In this document: positions 18,764-28,649 of the stretch, piece by piece | How positions within the stretch are numbered: the stretch's first letter is position 1 | Layout of the letters: every line of letters starts with the position of its first letter | Assembly (NCBI GenBank): GCA_027062325.1 | Contig: JAMOTN010000023.1 | Location: 1-47,089, forward strand | Length of the DNA stretch: 47,089 bases | Source: a bacterium | GTDB lineage: Bacteria > JAMOTN01 | Reading direction: 5' to 3' | Notes under the pieces: generated by a model | What the model was told of the DNA's origin: nothing | The model's input: the letters and a program-made list of their open reading frames with translations, nothing else | Database searches by the model: none | Translations under genes and position numbers: made by a program

Positions 18764-19645
18764 TCAAGCCACAACTTTCATTCCCAGAACTTCCGCCCAC
18801 TTTCTAGCAATATCTATTATCTGTTCGCGCGGTGTAGAAGCCCCAGCAGTAAAACCATAAATCAAATCTTTTCTATGAGGTAAACCCAACTTTTGGAACT
18901 CCTCCCAATCCTGAACAAAATACGTGTTATTATTTATAACTTTGCATTTCTGGTAAACTTTCGTTGTATTAGAACTATCCTTTCCTCCAACAACCACCAT
19001 TACATTCACAACCTTCGCCAGTTCAACAGAATCTCGCTGTCTTTCTTTAGTTGCATTACAAATAGTATCGTGAACGTTTTCTCCTGCTCTCTTCAAAAAT
19101 TCAAGCACGTCCCTATTAGCAGTAGTTTGAAACACGTATTCTGCTCCTCTCTCATATTCTCCTTTAAGCACATGAGTAGGCTCCATTACCTTTACTTTTG
19201 AATTCCCAACTGCATAACTTACCATAGCCTTAACCTCTGGATGGTGGACATCCCCAATTATTATAACATTCTTTCCCTCTTCAGTTAATTTTTTTACAAT
19301 GCGCTGTGCATTTTGTACTAATGGACATGTAGCATCAAAAACAATCAATCCCTTTCTCTTAGCAATATCATAATACTGTCGTGGTACTCCATGAGATCTA
19401 AATACAACTATTGATCCATCCTCCACATCTTCTATACCTCTGACTTTCAATCCCCTTCTTTCCAAGGAATTTACTACATAAGAGTTGTGGATCAACTTAC
19501 CAATACTATAAGCATTTATTCCCTCCCTTAAAGCTCGATCTAAAGCCTCATTCGCTATCTTTAAAGATCTTTCAACACCAAAACAAAATCCAGCCTTTTT
19601 AACTACCCAAATATTATCAGTTATCTTAAAAAAGCGCTCCTTCAC
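18764..19645 (-). CDS. ispH: 4-hydroxy-3-methylbut-2-enyl diphosphate reductase
   Basis: GFCFGV, RSHG, DATCPLV, HPEV, TICNAT..RQ, SSNT, TAGASTP. Confidence 0.95.
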   Translation of the reverse strand: MKERFFKITDNIWVVKKAGFCFGVERSLKIANEALDRALREGINAYSIGKLIHNSYVVNSLERRGLKVRGIEDVEDGSIVVFRSHGVPRQYYDIAKRKGLIVFDATCPLVQNAQRIVKKLTEEGKNVIIIGDVHHPEVKAMVSYAVGNSKVKVMEPTHVLKGEYERGAEYVFQTTANRDVLEFLKRAGENVHDTICNATKERQRDSVELAKVVNVMVVVGGKDSSNTTKVYQKCKVINNNTYFVQDWEEFQKLGLPHRKDLIYGFTAGASTPREQIIDIARKWAEVLGMKVVA

Positions 19646-19805
19646 TCTTTCCCACTCCTCGTTTTACTAGCTGATATTCTAATTAAACATTTAAACATTA
19701 TTTTATGTCACAAATTCACAAGCATTGCCTACTTAATTATAAAATAGTTGACCAACTCAACCACATTTTAGCTATAATTGTAGTTGCAGGTCAAAATGTA
19801 TAGGT

Positions 19806-19880
19806 CGGGGCGTAGCTCAGTCCGGTTAGAGCGCTGGCTTCGGGAGCCAGAGGTCGCAGGTTCGACTCCTGTCGCCCCGA
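19806..19880 (+). tRNA. tRNA-Pro(CGG), CCA not encoded
   Basis: Acceptor CGGGGCG/CGCCCCG, anticodon arm CTGGC-TTCGGGA-GCCAG, T-loop TTCGACT. Confidence 0.97.
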
Positions 19881-19895
19881 TTTTGTAAAAAAAAT

Positions 19896-20252
19896 GGGGG
19901 CGTTATAGGATTCGACGTTCCCAAGAAGGGACCAGAGCGGCAGGCCGGGGTGGTCGCGAAACCGTAAAAATCGCGGCAAAACAAAGACTGCCGACGAAAA
20001 CCTTGCATTGGCAGCTTAAAGCACAAGCTGCCGGTCACCCCATTCCTTCCTCCCCGGGAGTGGGAGTGGCCTGTTAGGTGGGGAGGCTCCCTACAGACAG
20101 CCCACGGTCTGTAGGGTAGTATAAGGTGGGCTAGGTTGCAGGAGGTTTGCAGGTTCTCCTCCTGTAACCGAAACTCAAAAAACCTGCTAAGCCTGTAGAA
20201 GCTCTGGAACCTTTGGGAACGGACGCGGGTTCGAATCCCGCCGCCTCCACCA
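19896..20252 (+). ncRNA. ssrA: tmRNA; probable tag peptide (A)ADENLALAA at 19990-20019
   Basis: 5' GGGGGCG..GGATTCGAC, 3' GGACGCGGGTTCGAATCCCGCCGCCTCCACCA, internal frame ending LALAA-stop. Confidence 0.97.
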
Positions 20253-20279
20253 TAATAGATAGGAGGAATTGATAGCAGC

Positions 20280-21749
20280 GTGGAAATCCTTAATCTTTCT
20301 CGTGAAGATCTACTTTCTCTGCTTGAAAGGGAAAAGAAAGCCCGTGAATCGCTGATAAAAGCTTACTTTACTTTAGCTGAAGCCCAAACCGTAGAAGAAG
20401 TAGTGCAACATGTTTTAACTATTGCCACCGAACTTACTGAAAGCGAAGGAGCAAGTTGTTTGCTAATTGATGAAAACACTGGAGATCTTGTCTTCAAAGC
20501 AGCCACGGGAGAAAAATCTCAAGAGCTAATAGGTATGCGTGTTCCCGTAGGTAAAGGTATTGCAGGGAAGATTGCTGCCGAAAAAACCGTTGTTATTGTT
20601 TCAAATGCAGAAAAAGATAAAAATCATTACAAAGGTGTTGATAAAAAAACCGGATTTACTACCCGCAACTTAATGGGAGTTCCAATGTTATTTTTAAATG
20701 AGCAAGTTATCGGAGTAATTGAAGTCGTTAATAAAATCAAAGGCGAATACACTCAATGGGATGCAGAACTTCTTAGCGCTTTTGCAAATATTGCTGCGAG
20801 CGTAATAGTCAATACAATGCTTTTGGAGAAATTACATGCAGAGAAGAAAAAGGTTGAGGCAATGGTAAAAGCCTCTCCTGTGGCAATTTGCATCTTTGAC
20901 TCAAATACATCATCAGTAAAACTTGCAAATGATTTTTTCCAAGAGATAGAACATCTTCTTCCTTCATCTTTTATAAGAAGCAAAGTTGACAACATAAAGT
21001 CCTCAGACAAAACAGAAATTTCAAATTCCATACTTACAATTCTAAAACCATCATTTGCGTCATTTTCTACGCGTATAACTCCTCTATCTGAAAACGAACA
21101 CATAGTATATCTTACTGACACATCAGAACTACTTCTGCAACAGTTAATTTTATACCAAGCACTTCAAAAGATTCCCACTAAAACTCTCGAACTTTTATCT
21201 CAAAATAACAACTCAGAGGTCGCTCACTTTTTAAAACGTACCAAATGGGCTTCGCGCTTAGCTGCAGGTCCTTTAAGGATTGAGAGAAATTTCCATTCAG
21301 TTACCAAGCTCATCGATACAATTTCTAGTGAGTTTGAAGCTTTATTTTCAAAAAGGAACCTAAACTTTAATATCTTCCTTGAAAACTTATCCACTGAAGA
21401 CAATTTACTGTTAGATTTTGAAGCAGTATATGAAGCAATAGCAGAACTACTCTCAAATTCTTACAAATATACAGAAAAAGGAGAGGTTACCCTAACAATT
21501 TCAAAAATTTCTGAGGATAGGGTTTATTTTACCGTAAAAGATACAGGTATTGGCTTCTCTGATTCCGACTACGAAAAATTGAAGCTCCCAGTTAATAGAG
21601 TAGAATTCATAAAAAGACTTTGGGAAGGTGCTTTCGGTTTATTGTTCGTACAAGAAGTTGCCAAAGCTCATGCTGGAACATTTAAAGTAAGTTCTGAAAT
21701 TGGTAAAGGAGCCACTATAAGTTTTTCAGTTAAGATGACAACCGTATAA
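20280..21749 (+). CDS. GAF + PAS-like + HATPase_c sensor kinase-like protein with degenerate H-box
   Basis: GAF (VGKGIAG, VDKKTGFTTRNLMGVPM, IGVIEVVNK), N-box LLSNSYKYT, G1 DTGIG, C-terminal SEIGKGAT. Confidence 0.85.
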   Translation: MEILNLSREDLLSLLEREKKARESLIKAYFTLAEAQTVEEVVQHVLTIATELTESEGASCLLIDENTGDLVFKAATGEKSQELIGMRVPVGKGIAGKIAAEKTVVIVSNAEKDKNHYKGVDKKTGFTTRNLMGVPMLFLNEQVIGVIEVVNKIKGEYTQWDAELLSAFANIAASVIVNTMLLEKLHAEKKKVEAMVKASPVAICIFDSNTSSVKLANDFFQEIEHLLPSSFIRSKVDNIKSSDKTEISNSILTILKPSFASFSTRITPLSENEHIVYLTDTSELLLQQLILYQALQKIPTKTLELLSQNNNSEVAHFLKRTKWASRLAAGPLRIERNFHSVTKLIDTISSEFEALFSKRNLNFNIFLENLSTEDNLLLDFEAVYEAIAELLSNSYKYTEKGEVTLTISKISEDRVYFTVKDTGIGFSDSDYEKLKLPVNRVEFIKRLWEGAFGLLFVQEVAKAHAGTFKVSSEIGKGATISFSVKMTTV

Positions 21750-21778
21750 GAATTGTCCAAGCAAGAGGGTGATAGTTT

Positions 21779-22264
21779 TTGAGACTAAAAGTTAAACTTC
21801 AAGCAAGCAGAGAAAATCTGGAAAAGATAAGGTTATTTTCAGAAGAATTTATTGATCTGCTGGGAGTAGACATGATATCGGGATTTCAGATAAAACTTGC
21901 TACCGATGAAATATGCATGAATGCAGTCGATCACGCAATGGAGTTTTCAGGATATTTTGAGTACCTAGTAACGGTTACTCCTAACACCATAAACATTCAA
22001 GTACGTGACTTCGCAGGTAAAGTATTTAATCCAATGTACTTTCTTGTAATGTCCGAAGATCAAAATTCCTTGATGAAAGCCGGTGGAAGAGGATTAAAAA
22101 TTGTGACAGAAGTTGCAGATAATTTCGTAATATTTACAGTTCCGGGGGAAGAAACAGTAGTTTCTTTTTCAAAGAAGCTTGAAGTTCCAAAACTCAATAA
22201 GAATGAAATAAAAGCTCTAACTGAAAAGTACTTTTTCTCTCTGGACTACACTTTGGAAATTTAA
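21779..22264 (+). CDS. RsbW/SpoIIAB-like anti-sigma factor / Ser kinase
   Basis: LATDEICMNAVDHA, VRD, GGRGL.IV..VAD motifs. Confidence 0.8.
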   Translation: MRLKVKLQASRENLEKIRLFSEEFIDLLGVDMISGFQIKLATDEICMNAVDHAMEFSGYFEYLVTVTPNTINIQVRDFAGKVFNPMYFLVMSEDQNSLMKAGGRGLKIVTEVADNFVIFTVPGEETVVSFSKKLEVPKLNKNEIKALTEKYFFSLDYTLEI

Positions 22265-22306
22265 AAAGGGCAAATAGCTACCCAAAAAGTTCTCCAAATA
22301 AGATAG

Positions 22307-22334
22307 GGGGCACCTTCCCTTTTAAAGGTGCCCC
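22307..22334. terminator. Hairpin between convergent genes, probable terminator
   Basis: GGGGCACCTT...AAGGTGCCCC 10-bp perfect stem; U-tracts are weak. Confidence 0.65.
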
Positions 22335-22365
22335 GATTGAATAATTTCACACAACTTTAAACTTA

Positions 22366-23619
22366 CTAAGCTTCATTATCCAGAATGTGAACTTTCAGAA
22401 GAAATATTATTTGCCGTGTCTCTTTAGCAGTTGAATCATCTCTAAACAATCTTCCAATTATTGGTAAATCTTTTAAAAATTTAAATCCTATCTTATCCTT
22501 TGAGCTACTGCTATCTATCATTCCACCAATCATTACTTCCTCTCCATCTTTCACACGCAAATCCAAGGTAAGTTTCTTCTTTTCAATTATTGGATAGTTC
22601 CACTCAGGATCCTTACCAAGGTAAATGTTGAAGTCCGGCTCTATGTGAAGGGTGACAAAACCTTCATCGTTAATAATTGGTTTTACCTTCAAAATTATAT
22701 CTGCATCCTTTTCAGCACCAGTTCTACTATCTCCCTGTCCTATCTCATAGATGATTTTTCTTCCCATCTGAAGTTGTCCTTCTTGACCATTCAACAAGAT
22801 CATTCTGGTATTTATAAGTGACTTACCATTTGTAACCTTGTCAAAAAAGTTCACATCTATGTTCCAATCAAGAGTATTCGCTCTAACATATTCTCCAAAC
22901 TGAAAGATAGGATATGGATTTGCAACAGGTGTTGAAGGAGCTCCACCGCTGACTGTATCTATAAAGTTTTCCTTTATATTCAAAGTAAAGTACCAAGGAG
23001 AATCTTTATCAGCTTGCCTCCAGGTAAATCCTAATCCTTCTGCATACTTTGAGAGCACCTGAATCATCTTAACCTCTATCAATACCTGCTTAACTGGCTT
23101 ATCAATCTTACGTATAAGATCCTCTACACTCTCAAGTAAGCTCTGAGTAGCCGATACAATCAAGGCGTTATTTAAAGTATCAACTGCAACTTTTATTAAG
23201 TTTGCTCCTTGTCCCTTGAAAACTTCCGTCAATATTCCTTTAACCTTATTTGGATCTGCATATCTCAACTTGAAAATTTTAGTCAAACCCACATCAAACG
23301 TTTTAGCCAACTCCTCAGGTTTTCCAATAATGTAAGTATTTGCACCAATTTTTCTGTAAGACAATCCATAGGTTTTAGAAATAATCTCAAACGCTTTCTC
23401 GTAGTAAACATTCTTCAAAATAATAGAAGGAGCTGTTATTCCTTTCACAGCCTTGGTCATCAAAATATTCACCTGAGCACTACGAGCAATCATCTTAAAT
23501 ACAGTATCCAATGGTATTGGGTTGGGATAGTTTAAAGTAACATGATCTCCTGCTAAAACTCCTGAAACTAATCCTCCTATCAATACCGCTCCAAGCAACA
23601 CCCTTAAAATTTTCCTCAT
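22366..23619 (-). CDS. pilQ: Secretin (PilQ/GspD family), short form
   Basis: ATG 23619 after AGGAGG; N3 motif LRYADP, IDKPVKQVLIEVK, VKDGE..MIGG, LKDLPIIGRLFR; last gene of pilMNOP. Confidence 0.9.
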   Translation of the reverse strand: MRKILRVLLGAVLIGGLVSGVLAGDHVTLNYPNPIPLDTVFKMIARSAQVNILMTKAVKGITAPSIILKNVYYEKAFEIISKTYGLSYRKIGANTYIIGKPEELAKTFDVGLTKIFKLRYADPNKVKGILTEVFKGQGANLIKVAVDTLNNALIVSATQSLLESVEDLIRKIDKPVKQVLIEVKMIQVLSKYAEGLGFTWRQADKDSPWYFTLNIKENFIDTVSGGAPSTPVANPYPIFQFGEYVRANTLDWNIDVNFFDKVTNGKSLINTRMILLNGQEGQLQMGRKIIYEIGQGDSRTGAEKDADIILKVKPIINDEGFVTLHIEPDFNIYLGKDPEWNYPIIEKKKLTLDLRVKDGEEVMIGGMIDSSSSKDKIGFKFLKDLPIIGRLFRDDSTAKETRQIIFLLKVHILDNEA

Positions 23620-23691
23620 AAAATGCCACCTCCTAATGAGTACCTCATCCCCTGCTATATCCAGCCCGCACAACCTTCATAAAAATTTTTT

Positions 23692-24426
23692 CTACTCCTC
23701 AAAGCTCAATATTTGATTGGCATTTCTCCTCTCGTCATACACTACTACTTTATCGTCAGAAATACTCGTAACTTGAAATAATCCCGGAACACCTTGCCCC
23801 TCTTCTAGTTCATAAACTTTGCCATTCAATTCCAAAATTGCTATTTTCATATCGTCGGAGATACTAACTCCCAATAACTTAAGCGGCAATGGTGGAACTT
23901 CTTCAACTTTGGGCTCTTCTGGTAGCTGTTGCACAACTGGTTCTTCTTTGACTTTCTTTCTTATAGTTGGCTTAAAAGGATTCTTTCCATAATCTGGCTC
24001 TCCTCCCAAATCCTTGACAGGTTCAACTTCTACTCTCCATTTTGCAGATCCTTCCGTAGCCTCAGTGGCACCCCCACTGTCTTCTAATTCATCTCCCAAT
24101 TCAGTATTTTCCATCTCCATGCCTTCATCTGTAGCATCTTCCTCTTCCATGCCTTCATCACCAAACGTATCCTCATCACCAAAATCTTCATCTTCCAAAT
24201 CTCCAAGATCATCCTCCTCTTGAGCTAAAGCAACACATGTACCAAACCCATTTAAAGCTTTCAAAAACACTTTCTTTGAAAAAACACCTTTTACCAAACC
24301 TTTACTAAGTACTCCACTATTTCTAACCACATACGCCGGCAGTAGTAAAACTCCTCCTACAATCATTAACGTCAGAAATACTTTCAGCACTCTCCAAATG
24401 CCAAATACGCCCCTCACATGTATCAC
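23692..24426 (-). CDS. PilP-like protein with acidic low-complexity linker
   Basis: KNPFKP, LKLLGV, AIL..NG..Y.L..G, V..I..D.V motifs; lies between pilO and pilQ. Confidence 0.7.
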   Translation of the reverse strand: MIHVRGVFGIWRVLKVFLTLMIVGGVLLLPAYVVRNSGVLSKGLVKGVFSKKVFLKALNGFGTCVALAQEEDDLGDLEDEDFGDEDTFGDEGMEEEDATDEGMEMENTELGDELEDSGGATEATEGSAKWRVEVEPVKDLGGEPDYGKNPFKPTIRKKVKEEPVVQQLPEEPKVEEVPPLPLKLLGVSISDDMKIAILELNGKVYELEEGQGVPGLFQVTSISDDKVVVYDERRNANQILSFEE

Positions 24427-24989
24427 TCCTCAACAACATATGTTTTCATACTTATACTGGCGCTAACTTCCACCTTCTTAGCCCCAACTTCACTTTTCCC
24501 CGTGACATTTACCATTCCAACATCTGTATTAAAATACTTATCCTTTTCCAAATCTTTAAGCAACTTAAGAAGTCCTCGATCATCTTCCACATCTTTCCCC
24601 ATAAATGGCCCGTCAACACTTATATCAATCTGCATCTCTGAATATCCCTCAAACCGTGTCAAGTTCCCAAATCTTATATCGTGCAAATTCATACCATGTT
24701 TTAAACACAAGTACTCCAACTTATTTATCAACACATCAAGCTCCAACTTAGAGGGCAATTCTTTTTTTAATTTTTCAAGCTCTTGCTGCTTTTTCTTAAT
24801 TTCAGCTTCGTACTCTTCAACCTCTCTTTCCACATCTTTAGCACTAGCAATCTTTCTCTTTAATTCCTGTATGCTCTCCTCGAGTGAAGCAATCTGCTCT
24901 TGATAAGCTTGATATTCACTTGTATACCACCAACCAAATATTCCTCCTCCAAGTATCAATGCCAGAAGAAAAGCCATACCATTGCTCAT
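24423..24989 (-). CDS. pilO: Type IV pilus assembly protein PilO
   Basis: N-terminal TM, coiled coil, KELP...E...LI motif, operon position. Confidence 0.8.
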   Translation of the reverse strand: MSNGMAFLLALILGGGIFGWWYTSEYQAYQEQIASLEESIQELKRKIASAKDVEREVEEYEAEIKKKQQELEKLKKELPSKLELDVLINKLEYLCLKHGMNLHDIRFGNLTRFEGYSEMQIDISVDGPFMGKDVEDDRGLLKLLKDLEKDKYFNTDVGMVNVTGKSEVGAKKVEVSASISMKTYVVEE

Positions 24990-25019
24990 ACTATCATCCT
25001 CCTATAAATCTCCTTACCT

Positions 25020-25727
25020 TTACTCTTCAGGCAAAGTATCCTCATCTTCCATTCCTGTTTTCTCTTCTTCATTCCCTTCACCAGCCAAATTCTCTTCCTT
25101 GGGAGTTCTATCCACACTATAACTCAACTGAAATGAAACAGCCTCCTCACCTTCAACATTACTCTTACTCAAAGCAGAAACACTAACATCTCTATACCTC
25201 GGATAAGCATTTTCAATCGTCCTTATCAATTTAGCAACTTCTATAAATACCCTCTTTTTATCTTCTTTAGCCGCCGCTGGATCTGCAATTGCAAACCCAG
25301 CAATAGTTATACGCTGTTCATCCTCCGGTGAAAAGGAATTAATCCAAACCGTCTTTTTAGGTAAAAGCTTTGTAAGATCTGCCAAAACTTGAGACCAGTG
25401 ATACATATTCTGTCCAACAAGTCGCTTTCTCAGTTCAATCTCATCCTCCAATGCTGATAACTGCTCCTTGTAATGAGCTAGCTTCTCCTCTTTCTCTTTC
25501 AAAACTTCCTCCCTCTTCTTCTCCAACCTTCTCTTCTCCTCTTCCTTTTGGGCTATTTCATCCTGATACTTTGCACTTAAAGTATTAAAAAGATAGTTGT
25601 ACTCAAAAAACAGAGCTATTGCAAGAATTATAGGAACAATGGGAATTTTATTGAGTAACTTAGGATCTATCAAAGGTTTTTTCTCAGGGGCTAGGTTAAT
25701 CCTTACAAATCCGTCATGACCCGGCAT
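25020..25727 (-). CDS. pilN: Type IV pilus assembly protein PilN
   Basis: INLAP PilM-binding motif, TM, coiled coil, LP..VWI; ATG 25727 overlaps the pilM stop. Confidence 0.85.
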   Translation of the reverse strand: MPGHDGFVRINLAPEKKPLIDPKLLNKIPIVPIILAIALFFEYNYLFNTLSAKYQDEIAQKEEEKRRLEKKREEVLKEKEEKLAHYKEQLSALEDEIELRKRLVGQNMYHWSQVLADLTKLLPKKTVWINSFSPEDEQRITIAGFAIADPAAAKEDKKRVFIEVAKLIRTIENAYPRYRDVSVSALSKSNVEGEEAVSFQLSYSVDRTPKEENLAGEGNEEEKTGMEDEDTLPEE

Positions 25728-26836
25728 CAGCTTATCACCTCTCTCAAAGCAAGCCCTATGGCACATGTCAACTCAGGCAATTTATCTTCCAAAGCCTCTT
25801 GTGGAATAGTTTCTGCAATTTTCAAACCTTGAAGAGCATTACCTATCATTACATCGACACCAAGCTCCATCTGTAAAAACCTATCAAGATTGTAAATTTT
25901 AGAAGAACCACCCGTTATAATCACACTATCGATATGCTGCCTTGTGCTTGTCTGATAGAACTCAAGGGATCTTCTTATATCTCCAACAATGTCTTCGACA
26001 ACGTTTCTCACAGTTTCAGCTACTTCATCCTCTTCTTCACCATCATCAACAACAATCTTCCCCCTCTCCATTTTAGCCTGCTCCGCCTGCATCCAATCTT
26101 CTCCCAAAACATTTTGAATAGCACTTGTAATACTCTTTCCACCCATGAGAACAGAACGAACTATCTGTATTTGTCTATCCTGAACAATTGAAATTCCAGT
26201 TTTCCCTGCCCCAAAGTCCATTATTGCCACACCTTCGTCAGCAGGTAAAATTGGACGTAAAGCATTGACAACAGCAATTGCATCTACATCTATTATTGGA
26301 TCTTTTATTCCAGCTAATCTTAGCGATTCAAGGTAACCAAATAGTATCTCCTGCTTGGCTGCAACTATCATAACTTTCAATCTTGGAGCTCCCTCTGCTT
26401 CAAACTGCCCCACCTTGTGATACGAGACACTCATCTCAGCTAATGAATATGGAAGGTAACGCTCTGCTTCAAAAACTATGCTCTGTTCCAGATCTTCATC
26501 TGTCATCATTGGCAAATCTATGAGTCTTATCACTGCATTTGTAGAGGGTATATCAGCCACAACTTTCCCAGGTGCTTTTATACCAGCAGCAGCAAGCGCC
26601 TCTTTAATAGTACTAGCCACAGCATCAACATTCGCTATCTCACCTTTCCCACCAAACACATCATCCACTGGATAAGGAACTACTGCAAACTTATCAAACA
26701 CAACAGCTCCCTTAGCTTTTTTTAACTGAACAACCTTTACACCACTGGTTCCAATATCTATGCCGGTTGCTACTCCAGACACAAACATATTAGCAAGATC
26801 GGATAAAATACTTGAAAAATCCAATTTAAAAGCCAT
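25727..26836 (-). CDS. pilM: Type IV pilus assembly protein PilM (actin-like)
   Basis: GIDIGTSGVK, EAERYLPY, MDFGA, ITGGSS, AIGLALR; ATG 26836 after AGGAGGGG. Confidence 0.93.
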   Translation of the reverse strand: MAFKLDFSSILSDLANMFVSGVATGIDIGTSGVKVVQLKKAKGAVVFDKFAVVPYPVDDVFGGKGEIANVDAVASTIKEALAAAGIKAPGKVVADIPSTNAVIRLIDLPMMTDEDLEQSIVFEAERYLPYSLAEMSVSYHKVGQFEAEGAPRLKVMIVAAKQEILFGYLESLRLAGIKDPIIDVDAIAVVNALRPILPADEGVAIMDFGAGKTGISIVQDRQIQIVRSVLMGGKSITSAIQNVLGEDWMQAEQAKMERGKIVVDDGEEEDEVAETVRNVVEDIVGDIRRSLEFYQTSTRQHIDSVIITGGSSKIYNLDRFLQMELGVDVMIGNALQGLKIAETIPQEALEDKLPELTCAIGLALREVIS

Positions 26837-26857
26837 AATATCCCCTCCTAAACACTT

Positions 26858-26884
26858 TATTCGGCACTCCCAGTTATTTATTAA
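26858..26884 (-). promoter_or_regulatory. Putative sigma28 promoter of pilMNOPQ
   Basis: Minus strand reads TTAA-N15-GCCGAATA, ending 21 nt before the pilM ATG. Confidence 0.55.
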
Positions 26885-26986
26885 CATTACTCGTTGATAT
26901 TCCAGATTACCAAATAGAACATTTGGAGAATTCTCTCAAAGTTGATTATAAGCTACAAATTCAGAATTAAAGTTCCTAACAAAAGA

Positions 26987-28120
26987 TCAGTAAATCTTTC
27001 TGAGTAAAACTCCAGGATAGTAAAACTTTAGAATTTGTCGCCAAGTGTAACCCTGTTTTGCCATTCCATAAGCTCCCCACTGACAAAGCCCAACTCCATG
27101 ACCAAATCCCTTTCCATAGAAGTAAACTTTACTTCCATTGACTTTTATTCTGAACAAAGTGCTCTTTAACCTCAATTTATCTCGATTTAAAGCATACTTA
27201 AAAGTTGAAACTTTTAAAATTTTCCTTCCACAGTTACCCACTATTGCAACCCTCGATACGCGTCCAGACCCAGTTTTTTTGTAAACGTAGACCTTTTTTA
27301 TGTTCCCACAACTCACTCCTACTTCTCTTAATAAATACGTCAACGTTCTCAAAGACACCGAAGCCTTCCATGAAAAATCACCAATAGATTTGCAAAATGG
27401 ATCCGCATGTGAAACTAAATAAGGTATTCTTCTTCCCCATGCTTCTTTAGAACTAGCAGTTCTTCCTCCACATGAAGCCGTGTAAAAAGCATTAACAAGC
27501 TCTCCTTTATACATCAAAACTATCCCATAAGTTTCCGTAACAGCCCTAGTTGTTTTGGGATTTTCAACATTTACTCCGCCATACACTTGACAATGCTGAG
27601 TGTCGCAAAGATCATATCCCTCTCTGGAATGACGCTTCAAGTGTTTTAAAGCATAAGTTCTTGCAATTACTGCCTGAGCTTTCAAAGCTTCTTCAGGAAA
27701 ATTCGGTCCCATCTCTTTCGGAACAACGCCTTTTAAGTAATCCTCAAGATCCACAACGTTCACCAAAACAAGCCTTCCACCTTTAGCCCAACACTCAATT
27801 TTACCTCTGTATTTCTTACCTGATATACCAACGAAACCACTTTTTGCAACAACCGTTATGCGCGGAGTGAAAAAACTCTTTTTACCAATCGTAACCTTCA
27901 AATTTTCACCAACAGCACTAACGGTGAAACTACTGTAAAAACCTTTAAAATTTAACTTTTTTCCAACAAATAGAATAAGGTTCCCTGAAAACTCTTGTCT
28001 CTTCCCATCCAAGCTCAACCCTATACGTATTTCTGGAGCAGCATTTGCTTCCCAAATGAACAATAGAACAATTGTTAACCCCATCAACAACCTAAATTTT
28101 TCTCTTAGCACTCCCAACAC
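26987..28120 (-). CDS. SpoIID/LytB-domain lytic transglycosylase
   Basis: EDYLKGVVPKEM, EALKAQAVIARTY, CQVYGG, GFGHGVGLCQWGA. Start uncertain (track start 28219 overlaps queH extensively). Confidence 0.9.
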   Translation of the reverse strand: MLGVLREKFRLLMGLTIVLLFIWEANAAPEIRIGLSLDGKRQEFSGNLILFVGKKLNFKGFYSSFTVSAVGENLKVTIGKKSFFTPRITVVAKSGFVGISGKKYRGKIECWAKGGRLVLVNVVDLEDYLKGVVPKEMGPNFPEEALKAQAVIARTYALKHLKRHSREGYDLCDTQHCQVYGGVNVENPKTTRAVTETYGIVLMYKGELVNAFYTASCGGRTASSKEAWGRRIPYLVSHADPFCKSIGDFSWKASVSLRTLTYLLREVGVSCGNIKKVYVYKKTGSGRVSRVAIVGNCGRKILKVSTFKYALNRDKLRLKSTLFRIKVNGSKVYFYGKGFGHGVGLCQWGAYGMAKQGYTWRQILKFYYPGVLLRKIY

Positions 28121-28649
28121 ACCCACACCACCTTTGCATGTACAAACCGAGCTCAGAATAGCGCTTAGTACCTTCTTTCCAGTACTTTCTTGCATTAAGA
28201 TAATAAAACTTATCTCCAAAGATATCCAGCGCCACCTTCATCAATTCGCCATGTCTTTGATACGGTGAAAAAAGCAAAGTTGTAGAATACAAAGCATCTT
28301 CTAAACTATCAATATAACTGAACACCTCTTTCATTTTTAGCAATCTCAAATTCCAACACCTCGCGCAATCCAGCGGAGAAAACTTTTCAACCTCCCACAA
28401 ATCATGCACCACTATTGAAATTCTTTTAGCTCTATAAGGATCTACTATCTTTTCCAAACAGCCAGAAGTAAACTCCATAAAGCTCTTCAATCTTTTTCTA
28501 TATTCCCCATAGGGATGAATATTTGGATTGTACCAAAACACGTATATTCTACTAAAATCATCATATAGATTCTCTTCAAGAAGAGCTGTAAGATACCCTG
28601 TCAAACACCACGCACAGCAACTATGTAGTATCAAACTTTTACAGCTCAT
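28092..28649 (-). CDS. queH: Epoxyqueuosine reductase QueH
   Basis: HSCCAWC, YNPNIHP..EY..R, C..C...RL, Y.Q..CGC. Confidence 0.9.
   Translation of the reverse strand: MSCKSLILHSCCAWCLTGYLTALLEENLYDDFSRIYVFWYNPNIHPYGEYRKRLKSFMEFTSGCLEKIVDPYRAKRISIVVHDLWEVEKFSPLDCARCWNLRLLKMKEVFSYIDSLEDALYSTTLLFSPYQRHGELMKVALDIFGDKFYYLNARKYWKEGTKRYSELGLYMQRWCGCVGSAKRKI

Noticed and set aside
19791-20038. Minus-strand ORFs of 62 and 70 aa
   Set aside because: Antisense to tRNA-Pro and tmRNA.
20253-22365. Genomic island integrated at tmRNA or tRNA
   Set aside because: No integrase seen and no duplicated tmRNA/tRNA 3' end noticed in the window.
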